64,000 nucleotides of DNA from an uncultured Lachnospiraceae bacterium (GTDB taxonomy: Bacteria > Bacillota > Clostridia > Lachnospirales > Lachnospiraceae). The position numbers were made by a program, and so were the translations under genes. Below the pieces are notes generated by a model that saw only the letters and a program-made list of their open reading frames with translations, was not told where the DNA came from and searched no databases. Location: positions 52,759-116,758 of the forward strand of contig ONGY01000001.1 in the NCBI GenBank assembly GCA_900317475.1. Reading direction: 5' to 3'. Below, in pieces: positions 1 through 10,051 of the stretch (its first letter is position 1; each line of letters opens with the position of its first letter).

Positions 1-2
1 AA

Positions 3-1178
3 GCATCGGATATTCCGAGAATCTTCAAAGAGGCGTTTTACATCGCAAATACCGGCCGCAAGGGGCCTGTCCTCATCGACTTTCCCTGCGATGTTCAGAG
101 GGAGACCGTCCGCAGTTTTTCCTATCCGGAAACAGTCTCCATGCGGACCTACAAGCCGACTGTCCGGGGAAATACCGTTCAGATTCGTAAGGTTATCGAT
201 GATCTGAAAGCGGCAAGGCGTCCGATCATGTGTCTGGGCGGCGGAGTTCATCTCTCCGGCGCCGAGAAAGTGGTCCGGGAATTTGCCGAGAAACATTCTG
301 TCCCGTGTGTCTGCACGATGATGGGACTTTCCACTCTTCCCACAGAACATCCGCTTTTCTTCGGAATGGTCGGAAACAACGGGCAGGCGGTGGCAAACCG
401 TGCAATGAATGATGCGGACATGGTCATCATGGTGGGAGCCAGGGTGGCGGACCGCTCCATCAATCGTCCTGCCGTCATCACCGAGGGCAAGACTCTCGTT
501 CATATCGATGTAGATCCGGCGGAAATCGGCAAGAATGCCGGTCCGAACATTCCGCTGGTCGGTGACATCAAGGCCGTCTTCGAAGACTTCTGCAAAGAGA
601 GTTTTGACGCGGACTACTCGCAGTGGCTGTCGGCACTTCATCTTTATGAGAAGACAGCGATTCACGACCGTGCGCGCGCGAAGAAGACCGAGAGAGCAGA
701 GGGGACCGTGGACCCGAGGGCTTTCGTGCGGGACCTCACTCTTGCGATGGATGCGGACGCTGTATACTGCGCCGATGTCGGGCAGAATCAGCTCTGGTCC
801 TGCGAGAATGCCATCATCCGTGACGGCGGGCGTTTTCTCACATCCGGCGGCATGGGGACCATGGGCTACGCACTCGGCGCGGCGATCGGTGCAAAACTCG
901 CCTGCCCGGACAGACAGGTGGTTGCGGTCGACGGGGACGGGTCGTTTCAGATGTGCTTCATGGAGCTTGGAACCGCCCGTCAGTACGGTATCCCGGTAAA
1001 ACTTGCCGTGATGAAGAACAACACACTTGGCCTCGTGCGGCAGCACCAGCACACAGCCCTTCATGACCGCTACATCGTGACGGATCTTGACGGCAGTCCG
1101 GACCTGTCATTGATCGCCGCGGCGTATGGAATGCAGTATCTGAACAGCGTAACTTTGCTGCGGCATGGATCCGATTGA
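3..1178 (+). CDS. ilvB: Acetolactate synthase large subunit; 5' part lies outside the window, C-terminus appears truncated by a deletion/frameshift
   Basis: Frame is open from nt 3 (ASDIPRIFKEAFYIANTGRKGPVLIDFPCD). DVGQNQLW, TSGGMGTMGY and the TPP motif GDGSFQM...NN are present. The protein ends abnormally early after AYGMQYL. Confidence 0.93.
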   Translation, partial: ASDIPRIFKEAFYIANTGRKGPVLIDFPCDVQRETVRSFSYPETVSMRTYKPTVRGNTVQIRKVIDDLKAARRPIMCLGGGVHLSGAEKVVREFAEKHSVPCVCTMMGLSTLPTEHPLFFGMVGNNGQAVANRAMNDADMVIMVGARVADRSINRPAVITEGKTLVHIDVDPAEIGKNAGPNIPLVGDIKAVFEDFCKESFDADYSQWLSALHLYEKTAIHDRARAKKTERAEGTVDPRAFVRDLTLAMDADAVYCADVGQNQLWSCENAIIRDGGRFLTSGGMGTMGYALGAAIGAKLACPDRQVVAVDGDGSFQMCFMELGTARQYGIPVKLAVMKNNTLGLVRQHQHTALHDRYIVTDLDGSPDLSLIAAAYGMQYLNSVTLLRHGSD

Positions 1179-1214
1179 AATTGTTCATTCGATGCAACGG
1201 AAAGTGGGAAATGC

Positions 1215-1706
1215 ATGAAACGAATCTATTCTGTACTGGTTGAAAACCGCGCCGGTGTCCTTGCCAAGGTCGCGGGACTTTTCTGGAGACGCTGCTTTAA
1301 CATTGATTCCCTCGCCGTCGGCGAGACAGACCGCAGTGATGTCTCCAATATGATCATCGTCAGCAGCGGCGATGCGCGCACGCTCGAGCAGATCGAGAAA
1401 CAGCTCAATAAAAAGCTCGATGTCATCAAAGTCAAAACCTTTGACGAGAACGAGGCGATCTCGCGGGAGCTGATGCTGGTGAAGGTGAAGTATACGCGTT
1501 CGAACCGGCGGGACATTCTTGAGAACAGTGAAATCATGGGCGCCCAGATTGTCGATCTCTCGCCCACGATGATGACGATCCAGATGTGCGATACGCCGGA
1601 CCGGGTAAAGATCTTTCTTGAGACACTGAAGTCCATCAGCATCGTCGAAATTACGAGGACAGGAACGGTCGCTCTGCCGAAGTGCAGCGAGAACGGGAAG
1701 AACTGA
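1215..1706 (+). CDS. ilvN: Acetolactate synthase small (regulatory) subunit, copy 1
   Basis: ACT-domain start SVLVENRAGVLAKVAGLFWRRCFNIDSL, LEQIEKQLNK, RELMLVKV, EITRTG; 163 aa. Confidence 0.93.
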   Translation: MKRIYSVLVENRAGVLAKVAGLFWRRCFNIDSLAVGETDRSDVSNMIIVSSGDARTLEQIEKQLNKKLDVIKVKTFDENEAISRELMLVKVKYTRSNRRDILENSEIMGAQIVDLSPTMMTIQMCDTPDRVKIFLETLKSISIVEITRTGTVALPKCSENGKN

Positions 1707-1774
1707 CTGTGCTGCGGGAGTTTTCCGCCCGGAGCAGGAACACACTGGAATAATGGGCATTCCAGAGGAAAAAG

Positions 1775-1823
1775 CATTCTGAAACAATCTGGGATGAAGA
1801 ACACAAAATATTGTTTCAGAATG
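1775..1823. repeat. 14-bp perfect inverted repeat with 21-nt spacer upstream of the ilvN2 promoter
   Basis: CATTCTGAAACAAT (1775-1788) / ATTGTTTCAGAATG (1810-1823). Confidence 0.85.
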
Positions 1824-1841
1824 TTTATCATATCGAAAAGA

Positions 1842-1870
1842 TTGACAGTATTATATCGAAGGACTATAAT
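1842..1870 (+). promoter_or_regulatory. Consensus sigma-A promoter for ilvN2-ilvC
   Basis: TTGACA (1842-1847), 17 nt, TATAAT (1865-1870). Confidence 0.9.
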
Positions 1871-1914
1871 AGCACCAATTCGCGCGGAAGTATTTCCGCA
1901 GACGGAGATTACGG

Positions 1915-2457
1915 ATGGCAGAAGAGAAGGAAACAAAAGAAAAGAAAGTAGTATTTCAGCTCCTTGTCGACAATAAGTTTGGTATTCTGAGCCGTATTTC
2001 TGGACTTTTTTCCAGACGCGGCTACAACATCGACAGTATCACTGCCGGTGTGACGGCTGATCCGAAGATCACTCGCATCACAATTGTGACGCATGGTGAT
2101 GATGACATTCTCGATCAGATCGAGAAGCAGGTCGCCAAGCTCGTCGATGTGCGGGATATCCGGATTTTGAACAGGGAAAGTTCGGTTTACCGCGAACTTG
2201 CGCTCATCAAGGTCCGGGCGAATGCGGATCAGCGTCAAGGAATCATTGCCATCACCGATATTTTCCGCGGCAGTATTGTCGATGTCGCACCGAAGAGCCT
2301 GATCATTGAGATCACCGGCAATCAGGGCAAAATCGATGCATTTTTGAAGCTCCTCGACGGATACGAGATTCTGGAACTGGCCCGCACAGGCATCGCGGGT
2401 CTGGCAAGAGGAATCGACAGCGTCGTCTACATCGATGACGATGAGGAGAGGTTCTGA
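1915..2457 (+). CDS. ilvN: Acetolactate synthase small subunit, copy 2
   Basis: LLVDNKFGILSRISGLFSRRGYNIDSI, QIEKQVAKLVDV, RELALIKV, ELARTG; 180 aa. Confidence 0.93.
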   Translation: MAEEKETKEKKVVFQLLVDNKFGILSRISGLFSRRGYNIDSITAGVTADPKITRITIVTHGDDDILDQIEKQVAKLVDVRDIRILNRESSVYRELALIKVRANADQRQGIIAITDIFRGSIVDVAPKSLIIEITGNQGKIDAFLKLLDGYEILELARTGIAGLARGIDSVVYIDDDEERF

Positions 2458-2533
2458 GTTTTGCTGAGGTAGCATTGTTCCGGCCGCACAGCGGCTTAAG
2501 GAATGTTTGCAGGATATACTTATTTCATTGTAA

Positions 2534-3580
<1,047 letters not shown>

Positions 3581-3609
3581 TCCCTGGATTCTGGGACAGC
3601 CTGTCTGTA

Positions 3610-3640
3610 GGGCCGGGAGAAAGCTCCCGGTCCTCTTTTT
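3610..3640 (+). terminator. Rho-independent terminator after ilvC
   Basis: GGGCCGGGAG-AAAG-CTCCCGGTCC followed by TCTTTTT. Confidence 0.85.
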
Positions 3641-3664
3641 CAACTTTTTTATTCCTTTCCTCTC

Positions 3665-3687
3665 TGTTATAATCGAAGGTATGTTCG
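3665..3687 (+). promoter_or_regulatory. Extended -10 promoter immediately followed by a LexA (SOS/Cheo) box-like site
   Basis: TGtTATAAT (3665-3673), then CGAAGGTATGTTCG (3674-3687), one mismatch to CGAAC-N4-GTTCG. Confidence 0.7.
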
Positions 3688-3747
3688 AACGGCAGAGCGG
3701 GGGAAAGAATTTGATCGTTCAGGAAAGATAAGAGAGGGACTGCAATT

Positions 3748-5007
3748 ATGGGAATGACAATGACGCAGAAAATCCTCGCCGCACATGCAGGGCTTGACAG
3801 GGTAGAGCCGGGACAGCTCATCGAGGCAGATCTCGACCTGGTGCTGGGCAATGATATCACGGCACCGGTGGCCATAGGCGAAATGGACAAGTTCAGGAAG
3901 AAGGGGGTTTTCGACAATACGAAGATCGCACTCGTTCCGGATCATTTCGTTCCGGCCAAGGACATCAAGTCGGCCGAAAACTGCAAGTGTCTCCGCGAGT
4001 TTGCAAAACGCAACAGGATCACGAATTATTTCGAGGTCGGAGAGATGGGGATTGAACATGCCCTGCTGCCGGAGAAGGGCCTGATTGCCCCGGGGGATGC
4101 GGTGATCGGCGCAGATTCGCACACATGCACCTACGGAGCGCTCGGCGCCTTCTCGACCGGTGTCGGTTCGACTGATATGGCCGCGGGAATGGCGACCGGC
4201 AAGGCATGGTTCAAGGTTCCGTCCGCAATCCGTTTTGTCCTCACCGGAAAGCCCGGCAAGTGGGTCTCGGGCAAGGACGTGATACTTCACATCATCGGTA
4301 TGATCGGCGTCGACGGTGCCCTCTATCAGTCGATGGAATTCACGGGCCCCGGTGTCCGCGAGCTTTCCATGGATGACCGGTTCACCATTTCCAATATGGC
4401 AATCGAGGCTGGCGGAAAGAACGGGATTTTCCCGGTGGATGATCTCACGATTGCATATGAGAAGGAGCACGGTGCCGAACCCGGTACGGTCTATGAGGCA
4501 GATCCGGATGCGGAATACACCGCAGAGTACACGATCGATCTGTCGGAGATCCTTCCGACCGTTGCATTCCCGCATCTTCCGGGCAATGCGAGAACGTTCG
4601 GAGATATTCCGGATATTCCGATTGACCAGGTCGTCATCGGTTCCTGCACCAACGGCCGTATCAGCGATCTCCGCACGGCGGCCTCGATCCTGAAGGGACG
4701 TCATATCGCGAAGGGCATCCGCTGCATCGTCATCCCGGCAACGGAGAAAATCTATCTGGAGGCGCTGAAGGAAGGACTTCTCGAGACCTTCATCGAAGCC
4801 GGCTGCGTTGTCAGTACGCCGACCTGCGGACCCTGCCTTGGCGGCTACATGGGAATTCTTGCGGACGGTGAGCGGTGCGTATCCACGACCAACCGCAATT
4901 TTGTCGGCCGCATGGGTGCCAAAACCTCCGAGGTCTATCTCGCAAGTCCGGCAACTGCGGCGGCGAGTGCAGTCGAAGGAAAGATAGCGGATCCGACAGA
5001 TTACTGA
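3748..5007 (+). CDS. leuC: 3-isopropylmalate dehydratase large subunit
   Basis: [20 protein letters not shown], Fe-S Cys motifs IGSCTNGR and [20 protein letters not shown]; partner leuD follows. A homoaconitase-type specificity cannot be excluded. Confidence 0.93.
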   Translation: MGMTMTQKILAAHAGLDRVEPGQLIEADLDLVLGNDITAPVAIGEMDKFRKKGVFDNTKIALVPDHFVPAKDIKSAENCKCLREFAKRNRITNYFEVGEMGIEHALLPEKGLIAPGDAVIGADSHTCTYGALGAFSTGVGSTDMAAGMATGKAWFKVPSAIRFVLTGKPGKWVSGKDVILHIIGMIGVDGALYQSMEFTGPGVRELSMDDRFTISNMAIEAGGKNGIFPVDDLTIAYEKEHGAEPGTVYEADPDAEYTAEYTIDLSEILPTVAFPHLPGNARTFGDIPDIPIDQVVIGSCTNGRISDLRTAASILKGRHIAKGIRCIVIPATEKIYLEALKEGLLETFIEAGCVVSTPTCGPCLGGYMGILADGERCVSTTNRNFVGRMGAKTSEVYLASPATAAASAVEGKIADPTDY

Positions 5008-5076
5008 TAAAATACGGACTCTGACGGGCATTTCCGCCTCGGATGGCGGAAGCTCTATTCAGTGAGGTGCAGACTT

Positions 5077-5568
5077 ATGGAAAATGCGAAGGGCACCGTT
5101 ATCCGCTATGAGGATAACGTTGATACGGATGTCATCATTCCCGCGCGGTATCTTGCAACCAGCGACCCTGCTGAGCTTGCAAAGCACTGCATGGAGGACA
5201 TCGATCCCGATTTCGGGAAGAAAATAAAGAAGGGCGACATCATTGTCGCCGGGAAGAATTTCGGCTGCGGCTCATCGCGCGAACATGCTCCGATTGCCAT
5301 CAAGGCGTCCGGCATTTCCGTTGTCATCGCGGAGACATTTGCGCGCATCTTCTACCGCAATGCGATCAATATCGGGCTTCCGATTGTTGAATGTAAGGAA
5401 GCATCGGAAAATATCAAGAACGGGGACACGGTTTCGGTCGATTTCAACACCGGAATCATCACGGATGAGACCACGGGCAGGACGTTTAAAGGACAGGCAT
5501 TCCCTCCGTTCATGCAGAAGATCATCGATGACGGCGGTCTTGTAAACTATATCAACAGCAAGGACTGA
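5077..5568 (+). CDS. leuD: 3-isopropylmalate dehydratase small subunit
   Basis: [40 protein letters not shown]; ATG 5077 chosen for RBS GAGGTG. Confidence 0.95.
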   Translation: MENAKGTVIRYEDNVDTDVIIPARYLATSDPAELAKHCMEDIDPDFGKKIKKGDIIVAGKNFGCGSSREHAPIAIKASGISVVIAETFARIFYRNAINIGLPIVECKEASENIKNGDTVSVDFNTGIITDETTGRTFKGQAFPPFMQKIIDDGGLVNYINSKD

Positions 5569-5572
5569 TTGT

Positions 5573-6184
5573 ATGTTCGCTTTCTTCAGAGGAACGGTCG
5601 ATTATCTTTCGGAATCCGAAGTGTGGCTCGACGTGAACGGCGTGGGATATGAGATTGCCATTTCTCCCTCCACGGCCTCCAGGCTGCAGGGATTCGGAAG
5701 CGAAGAAGTGACCGTCTACACCTATATGATGGTCCATGAGGATCAGATCGGACTGTACGGATTTCTCACGCGGGATGAGCTCATGCTCTTTAAGAAGCTT
5801 ATTACCGTGAGCGGCGTGGGTCCGAAAGCCGGGCTGTCGCTTCTGTCCGTCCTGGATGCGGATGATCTCCGGTTTGCCATCGCTTCGGGGGACGTAAAGG
5901 CTATTTCCCGCGCACCGGGCGTCGGAAGACGGACTGCAGAGCGTCTCATCCTTGAGCTGAAGGACAAGATCAATGCAGCGGCTCCTGCGGCCGCACAGGA
6001 GGCAGGAGAGGAACCCGGGATCACTGGCGGTGAGCAGAGCGGCGATGCGGCGGATGCGGTCGCGGCTCTCGTGGCGCTCGGATACGGCCGGGCGGAAGCC
6101 GTAAAGGCCGTGCATGCTGCGAAGGGAGAAGGAATTTCCGGAACGGAGGAGCTTCTCAAAGGAGCACTCCGTCATATGGCATAA
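5573..6184 (+). CDS. ruvA: Holliday junction branch migration protein RuvA
   Basis: DVNGVGYEI, LYGF, LITVSGVGPKAGL, PGVGRRTAERLILELKDK, ALVALGY. Confidence 0.97.
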   Translation: MFAFFRGTVDYLSESEVWLDVNGVGYEIAISPSTASRLQGFGSEEVTVYTYMMVHEDQIGLYGFLTRDELMLFKKLITVSGVGPKAGLSLLSVLDADDLRFAIASGDVKAISRAPGVGRRTAERLILELKDKINAAAPAAAQEAGEEPGITGGEQSGDAADAVAALVALGYGRAEAVKAVHAAKGEGISGTEELLKGALRHMA

Positions 6185-6194
6185 CGGGTGAGTC

Positions 6195-7202
6195 ATGGAG
6201 AAACGAATGATTGAAACAAGCTTTACGGAGGAAGACAGTCCGATTGAGGGATCGCTTCGTCCGGAAAGGCTTAAGGATTATATCGGACAGGATGCGATCC
6301 GCGAAAACCTGTCCATAGCGATCAGGGCTGCAAAACAGCGGGGAGAACCGCTGGATCACGTTCTTTTCTACGGGCCCCCGGGACTTGGAAAGACCACGCT
6401 CTCCTGCATCATCGCAAATGAAATGGGTGTCAATATCCGCATCACAAGCGGTCCTGCCATCGAAAAGCCGGGTGACATGGCGGCAATCCTCAATGGACTG
6501 AAGGAAGGCGATGTTCTTTTTATTGATGAAATTCACCGTCTGAACAAGCAGGTGGAAGAAGTTCTCTACCCCGCAATGGAAGACTTTGCCATCGACATCA
6601 TGATTGGCAAGGGCTCGGCGGCAAAATCCATCCGGCTTGACCTTCCGAGGTTTACGCTGGTGGGCGCCACCACGAGAGCAGGACTCCTTTCTGCACCGCT
6701 GCGCGATCGGTTCGGAATTATTAACCGTCTTGAATTCTATACGGTTGGGCAGCTTCAGACGATCATCATGCATTCGGCGAAGATTCTGAATGTAAGTGTC
6801 GATGACAATGCTGCAGAGGAGATGGCAAGGCGGAGCCGCGGTACACCGAGGCTTGCTAACCGGATTCTCAAGCGCGTCCGGGATTATGCCCAGGTCCGGG
6901 GCGACGGCAGAGTGACGCTGGATGTTGCCTGCACAGCACTTGATATGATGGATGTCGACAAGATGGGACTTGACCACAATGATCAGAAGATCCTGCGGAC
7001 GCTCGTTGAAAAGTTCGGCGGAGGACCCGCGGGACTGGATACACTGGCGGCTGCTGTCGGTGAAGACGCGGGAACCATAGAAGATGTCGTCGAACCGTAT
7101 CTCCTGCAGAACGGATTCATCAATCGGACGCCGCGGGGACGGGTCGCGACGGAAGAGGCATACAGGCACCTCGGTCTTGAAATGCCGGAACGGGAAGAGT
7201 AA
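6195..7202 (+). CDS. ruvB: Holliday junction branch migration helicase RuvB
   Basis: [52 protein letters not shown]. Confidence 0.98.
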   Translation: MEKRMIETSFTEEDSPIEGSLRPERLKDYIGQDAIRENLSIAIRAAKQRGEPLDHVLFYGPPGLGKTTLSCIIANEMGVNIRITSGPAIEKPGDMAAILNGLKEGDVLFIDEIHRLNKQVEEVLYPAMEDFAIDIMIGKGSAAKSIRLDLPRFTLVGATTRAGLLSAPLRDRFGIINRLEFYTVGQLQTIIMHSAKILNVSVDDNAAEEMARRSRGTPRLANRILKRVRDYAQVRGDGRVTLDVACTALDMMDVDKMGLDHNDQKILRTLVEKFGGGPAGLDTLAAAVGEDAGTIEDVVEPYLLQNGFINRTPRGRVATEEAYRHLGLEMPEREE

Positions 7203-7246
7203 TATTTTTGATAGGTCTGCTTTTCATTTGAGGGAGGACGCATTTT

Positions 7247-7648
7247 ATGGCAGTGTCCAAAACGGATACAAAAGTCATCATTGATGGAAAAGTATATACG
7301 CTGAGCGGATACGAGAGCGAGGAGTATATCCAGAAGATCGCATCCTATCTCAATGGAAAGATCGAAGAGCTGAAGAAAGAGGAGGGGTATTCTCACCTTT
7401 CGCGCGATCTTCAGACGCTTCTTCTTGAGATCAATCTCTCGGATGATTATTTCAAGGCTCAGAAGAAGCTTGAAGCTCTTAATGAAGACCTGGAAAGCCG
7501 TGAGAAGGATCTGTACGACATCAAGCATGAACTGGTGACAACACAGATGCGGCTCGAGAGCACAGAGAAGAGCCTTAAGAAGGCAGAGCAGGAAAACCAG
7601 GAGAACGCAAAGAAAATCATCCGCCTGGAGGCTTCTTCCAAGAAGTGA
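7247..7648 (+). CDS. zapA: Cell division protein ZapA family
   Basis: VIIDGKVYTLSGYESEEYIQKIASYLN...INLSDDYFK plus C-terminal coiled coil. Confidence 0.8.
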   Translation: MAVSKTDTKVIIDGKVYTLSGYESEEYIQKIASYLNGKIEELKKEEGYSHLSRDLQTLLLEINLSDDYFKAQKKLEALNEDLESREKDLYDIKHELVTTQMRLESTEKSLKKAEQENQENAKKIIRLEASSKK

Positions 7649-7731
7649 GGCTATTGGGCCGGAGCCTGTTTTGGGAGGGATCTGGTTCTTCATGATTCAT
7701 TTTTGCAATCTGGTTTTGATGAAGGGTACAT

Positions 7732-7760
7732 AAAAAGGCTGCCGGCAGGCAGCCTTTTTT
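7732..7760. terminator. Symmetric (bidirectional-type) terminator hairpin
   Basis: AAAAAGGCTGCC-GGCA-GGCAGCCTTTTTT. Confidence 0.8.
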
Positions 7761-7768
7761 CGAAGGGA

Positions 7769-10051
7769 ATGGAAGAAAATTTGGAAGAGAAACATGTGGA
7801 ACTGCTCGCACCGGCCGGTTCTTTGGAGGCCTTTGAGGCCGCGGTGAACGCCGGAGCGGATGCAGTATATCTTGCGGGATCAAAATTCGGTGCACGTGCT
7901 TACGCAGAAAATTTTGACAGCGAGACGCTCCATCAGGTTCTGCGGACAGCACATCTGTGCGGTGTCCGGATCAATGTCACCGTGAATACGCTCACAAGGC
8001 AGGAAGAGCTTCCCGGCGTGCTGGAATTCCTGGGCCCGCTTTATGAGGACGGTCTTGATGCCGTCATCGTCCAGGATCTCGGTGTAATGCAGATGCTGCA
8101 CCGGGAAATGCCGGACCTTGCACTTCATGCAAGCACGCAGCTCTCTGTGACGAATGCAGATGCGGTACAGTTCCTTGCACGTCTTGGCGTAACCCGGGTG
8201 GTTCCGGCAAGGGAGCTCTCTCTTGCGGAGATCCGCGATCTGAAAAGAGAGCTTCCCATTGAAGTGGAGACCTTTATTCACGGGGCCATGTGCTACTGCT
8301 ATTCGGGAAAATGCCTCTTCTCGAGTTTTCTCGGAGGACGGAGCGGGAACCGCGGCCGCTGTGCACAGCCCTGCAGGCTCCCCTATCGGATTCTGGACCC
8401 GGAGGGAAGACGAACCGGCGAAGACGCAGCCCGGAAGGAATATTATCCCCTTTCCATGCGCGATATGCAGACCGTGCAGATTCTCCCGGAGCTCATTGAA
8501 GCAGGAATTGATTCCTTTAAAATCGAGGGCCGCATGAAGAAGCCGGAATATGCTGCCGGCACAGTGCGGATTTACCGGAAATATATCGATCTCTATTATC
8601 GGCTCTGCAAAGAAGGGCGCAGAGAGGAATACCGCGTGGAGCCGGAGGACCTGCAGGAACTCAGTGAGCTTTACATCCGGTCAGAGCGGAGCGAAGGATA
8701 TTATCACTGTTACAATGGAAGAAATTTCGTGACCCTCGGTGAACCGGGCTACAGCGGTGCTGAGGAAGCACTTCTGACGAAGCTCCGCAGCGGATATGTC
8801 CATCCGGTCACGGGAGTGCCGGTCGGGATGGATGCCCGTTTTGCCGCCGGTGAAAGAAACAGGCTCACCGTGCGCGCGCTCTCCTCCGGGGTAAGCTTTA
8901 CCGCAGAGGGTGAAAAGGCAGATACTGCGAAGAACCGGCCGATGACGGCAGAAGTTTTTGAAAAGAATCTGGGAAAGACCGGAGGAACGGTCTTTGTGCC
9001 AAAGTGCGTCAGGGCGGACGTGGAAGGCGCTGTGTTTGTTCCGGTCGGAGGCATCAATGCGCTCCGGCGGGAGGCACTTGCCGGACTGGAACAAAAACTT
9101 CTGAATGATTATAATCAGAAACGTATGTATGCGCTCCGAAAAGTCCGGGAGGAGATTGCAAAGTCTCTTTCGGACGGAGGCATCGATGAGGACGAGAGTA
9201 AAACAGTCCGGGAATCGGTCGGGATTTCTGCCGGCCGTTTTGATGCCGTTCCTGATTCGGACGGTGTTCTTTCCGGAATCGGACTGATTGCGGTGGTCCT
9301 GAATGAAGAGCAGGCAGATGCAGCGCGCCGCGGGGGAGCAGACCTCATCATCGACGACAGTGCATCGTTTTCCGGGATCGGAAAGGGCGAATTCGTTGCA
9401 CTTCCCTATGCCGTGCGCGGGAAGAACCATGCCTTTATGGAACGGGCACTGCAGGATCTCAGGGGCGGAATATACCGCGGAGCACTGGTTCGGAATATCG
9501 AGGGGCTCTGGTTTTTACGCCGGGGAGGCTACCGGGGCATTATCCTTGCGGACTCCTCTCTTTACTGCTGGAACCGGGAGAGCCGGAAGGCACTTGCCGG
9601 GGAAGCAGATGCATTTGTTTATCCGCTCGAGCTTTCGGGAAGGGAGCTTTCAGAAACGTTCCCGGGGGAAGCGGACAGTATTCTTATGGTTTACGGGCGC
9701 GTCCCGATGATGATTTCAGCAGGATGCGTGAGAAAAACGGAAAAACTCTGCCGCGGGAAGGAAGAAGGTTTTTACTTCCTCGAGGACCGGATGGGGGAGC
9801 ATTTTCCTGTCCGGACCGTCTGCACGCAGTGTACAAACATTGTGTACAATTCGGTGCCCTTAAGTCTTCACAGGGCATGGAGTGATACTCTGTTCCGGAG
9901 AACCCGCGCGAAGATGCTGGTTTTCACGACGGAGAGTGCGGAAGAAACAGCCGCGGCAACGGCTCTTTTCCGGAATATTCAGGACGGGCTCATGGCTGAG
10001 GAGCCGACTTACCGTTATACAGCCGGGCATTACAAGAAAGGCGCTCTTTAA
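7769..10051 (+). CDS. U32 family protein (RlhA/TrhP-like RNA hydroxylation family, long form)
   Basis: ELLAPAGS, GADAVYLAG..FGARA, HASTQ, Cys cluster HGAMCYCYSGKCLFSS..GGRSGNRGRCAQPCR, SFKIEGRMK; start moved to ATG 7769. Confidence 0.88.
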   Translation: MEENLEEKHVELLAPAGSLEAFEAAVNAGADAVYLAGSKFGARAYAENFDSETLHQVLRTAHLCGVRINVTVNTLTRQEELPGVLEFLGPLYEDGLDAVIVQDLGVMQMLHREMPDLALHASTQLSVTNADAVQFLARLGVTRVVPARELSLAEIRDLKRELPIEVETFIHGAMCYCYSGKCLFSSFLGGRSGNRGRCAQPCRLPYRILDPEGRRTGEDAARKEYYPLSMRDMQTVQILPELIEAGIDSFKIEGRMKKPEYAAGTVRIYRKYIDLYYRLCKEGRREEYRVEPEDLQELSELYIRSERSEGYYHCYNGRNFVTLGEPGYSGAEEALLTKLRSGYVHPVTGVPVGMDARFAAGERNRLTVRALSSGVSFTAEGEKADTAKNRPMTAEVFEKNLGKTGGTVFVPKCVRADVEGAVFVPVGGINALRREALAGLEQKLLNDYNQKRMYALRKVREEIAKSLSDGGIDEDESKTVRESVGISAGRFDAVPDSDGVLSGIGLIAVVLNEEQADAARRGGADLIIDDSASFSGIGKGEFVALPYAVRGKNHAFMERALQDLRGGIYRGALVRNIEGLWFLRRGGYRGIILADSSLYCWNRESRKALAGEADAFVYPLELSGRELSETFPGEADSILMVYGRVPMMISAGCVRKTEKLCRGKEEGFYFLEDRMGEHFPVRTVCTQCTNIVYNSVPLSLHRAWSDTLFRRTRAKMLVFTTESAEETAAATALFRNIQDGLMAEEPTYRYTAGHYKKGAL

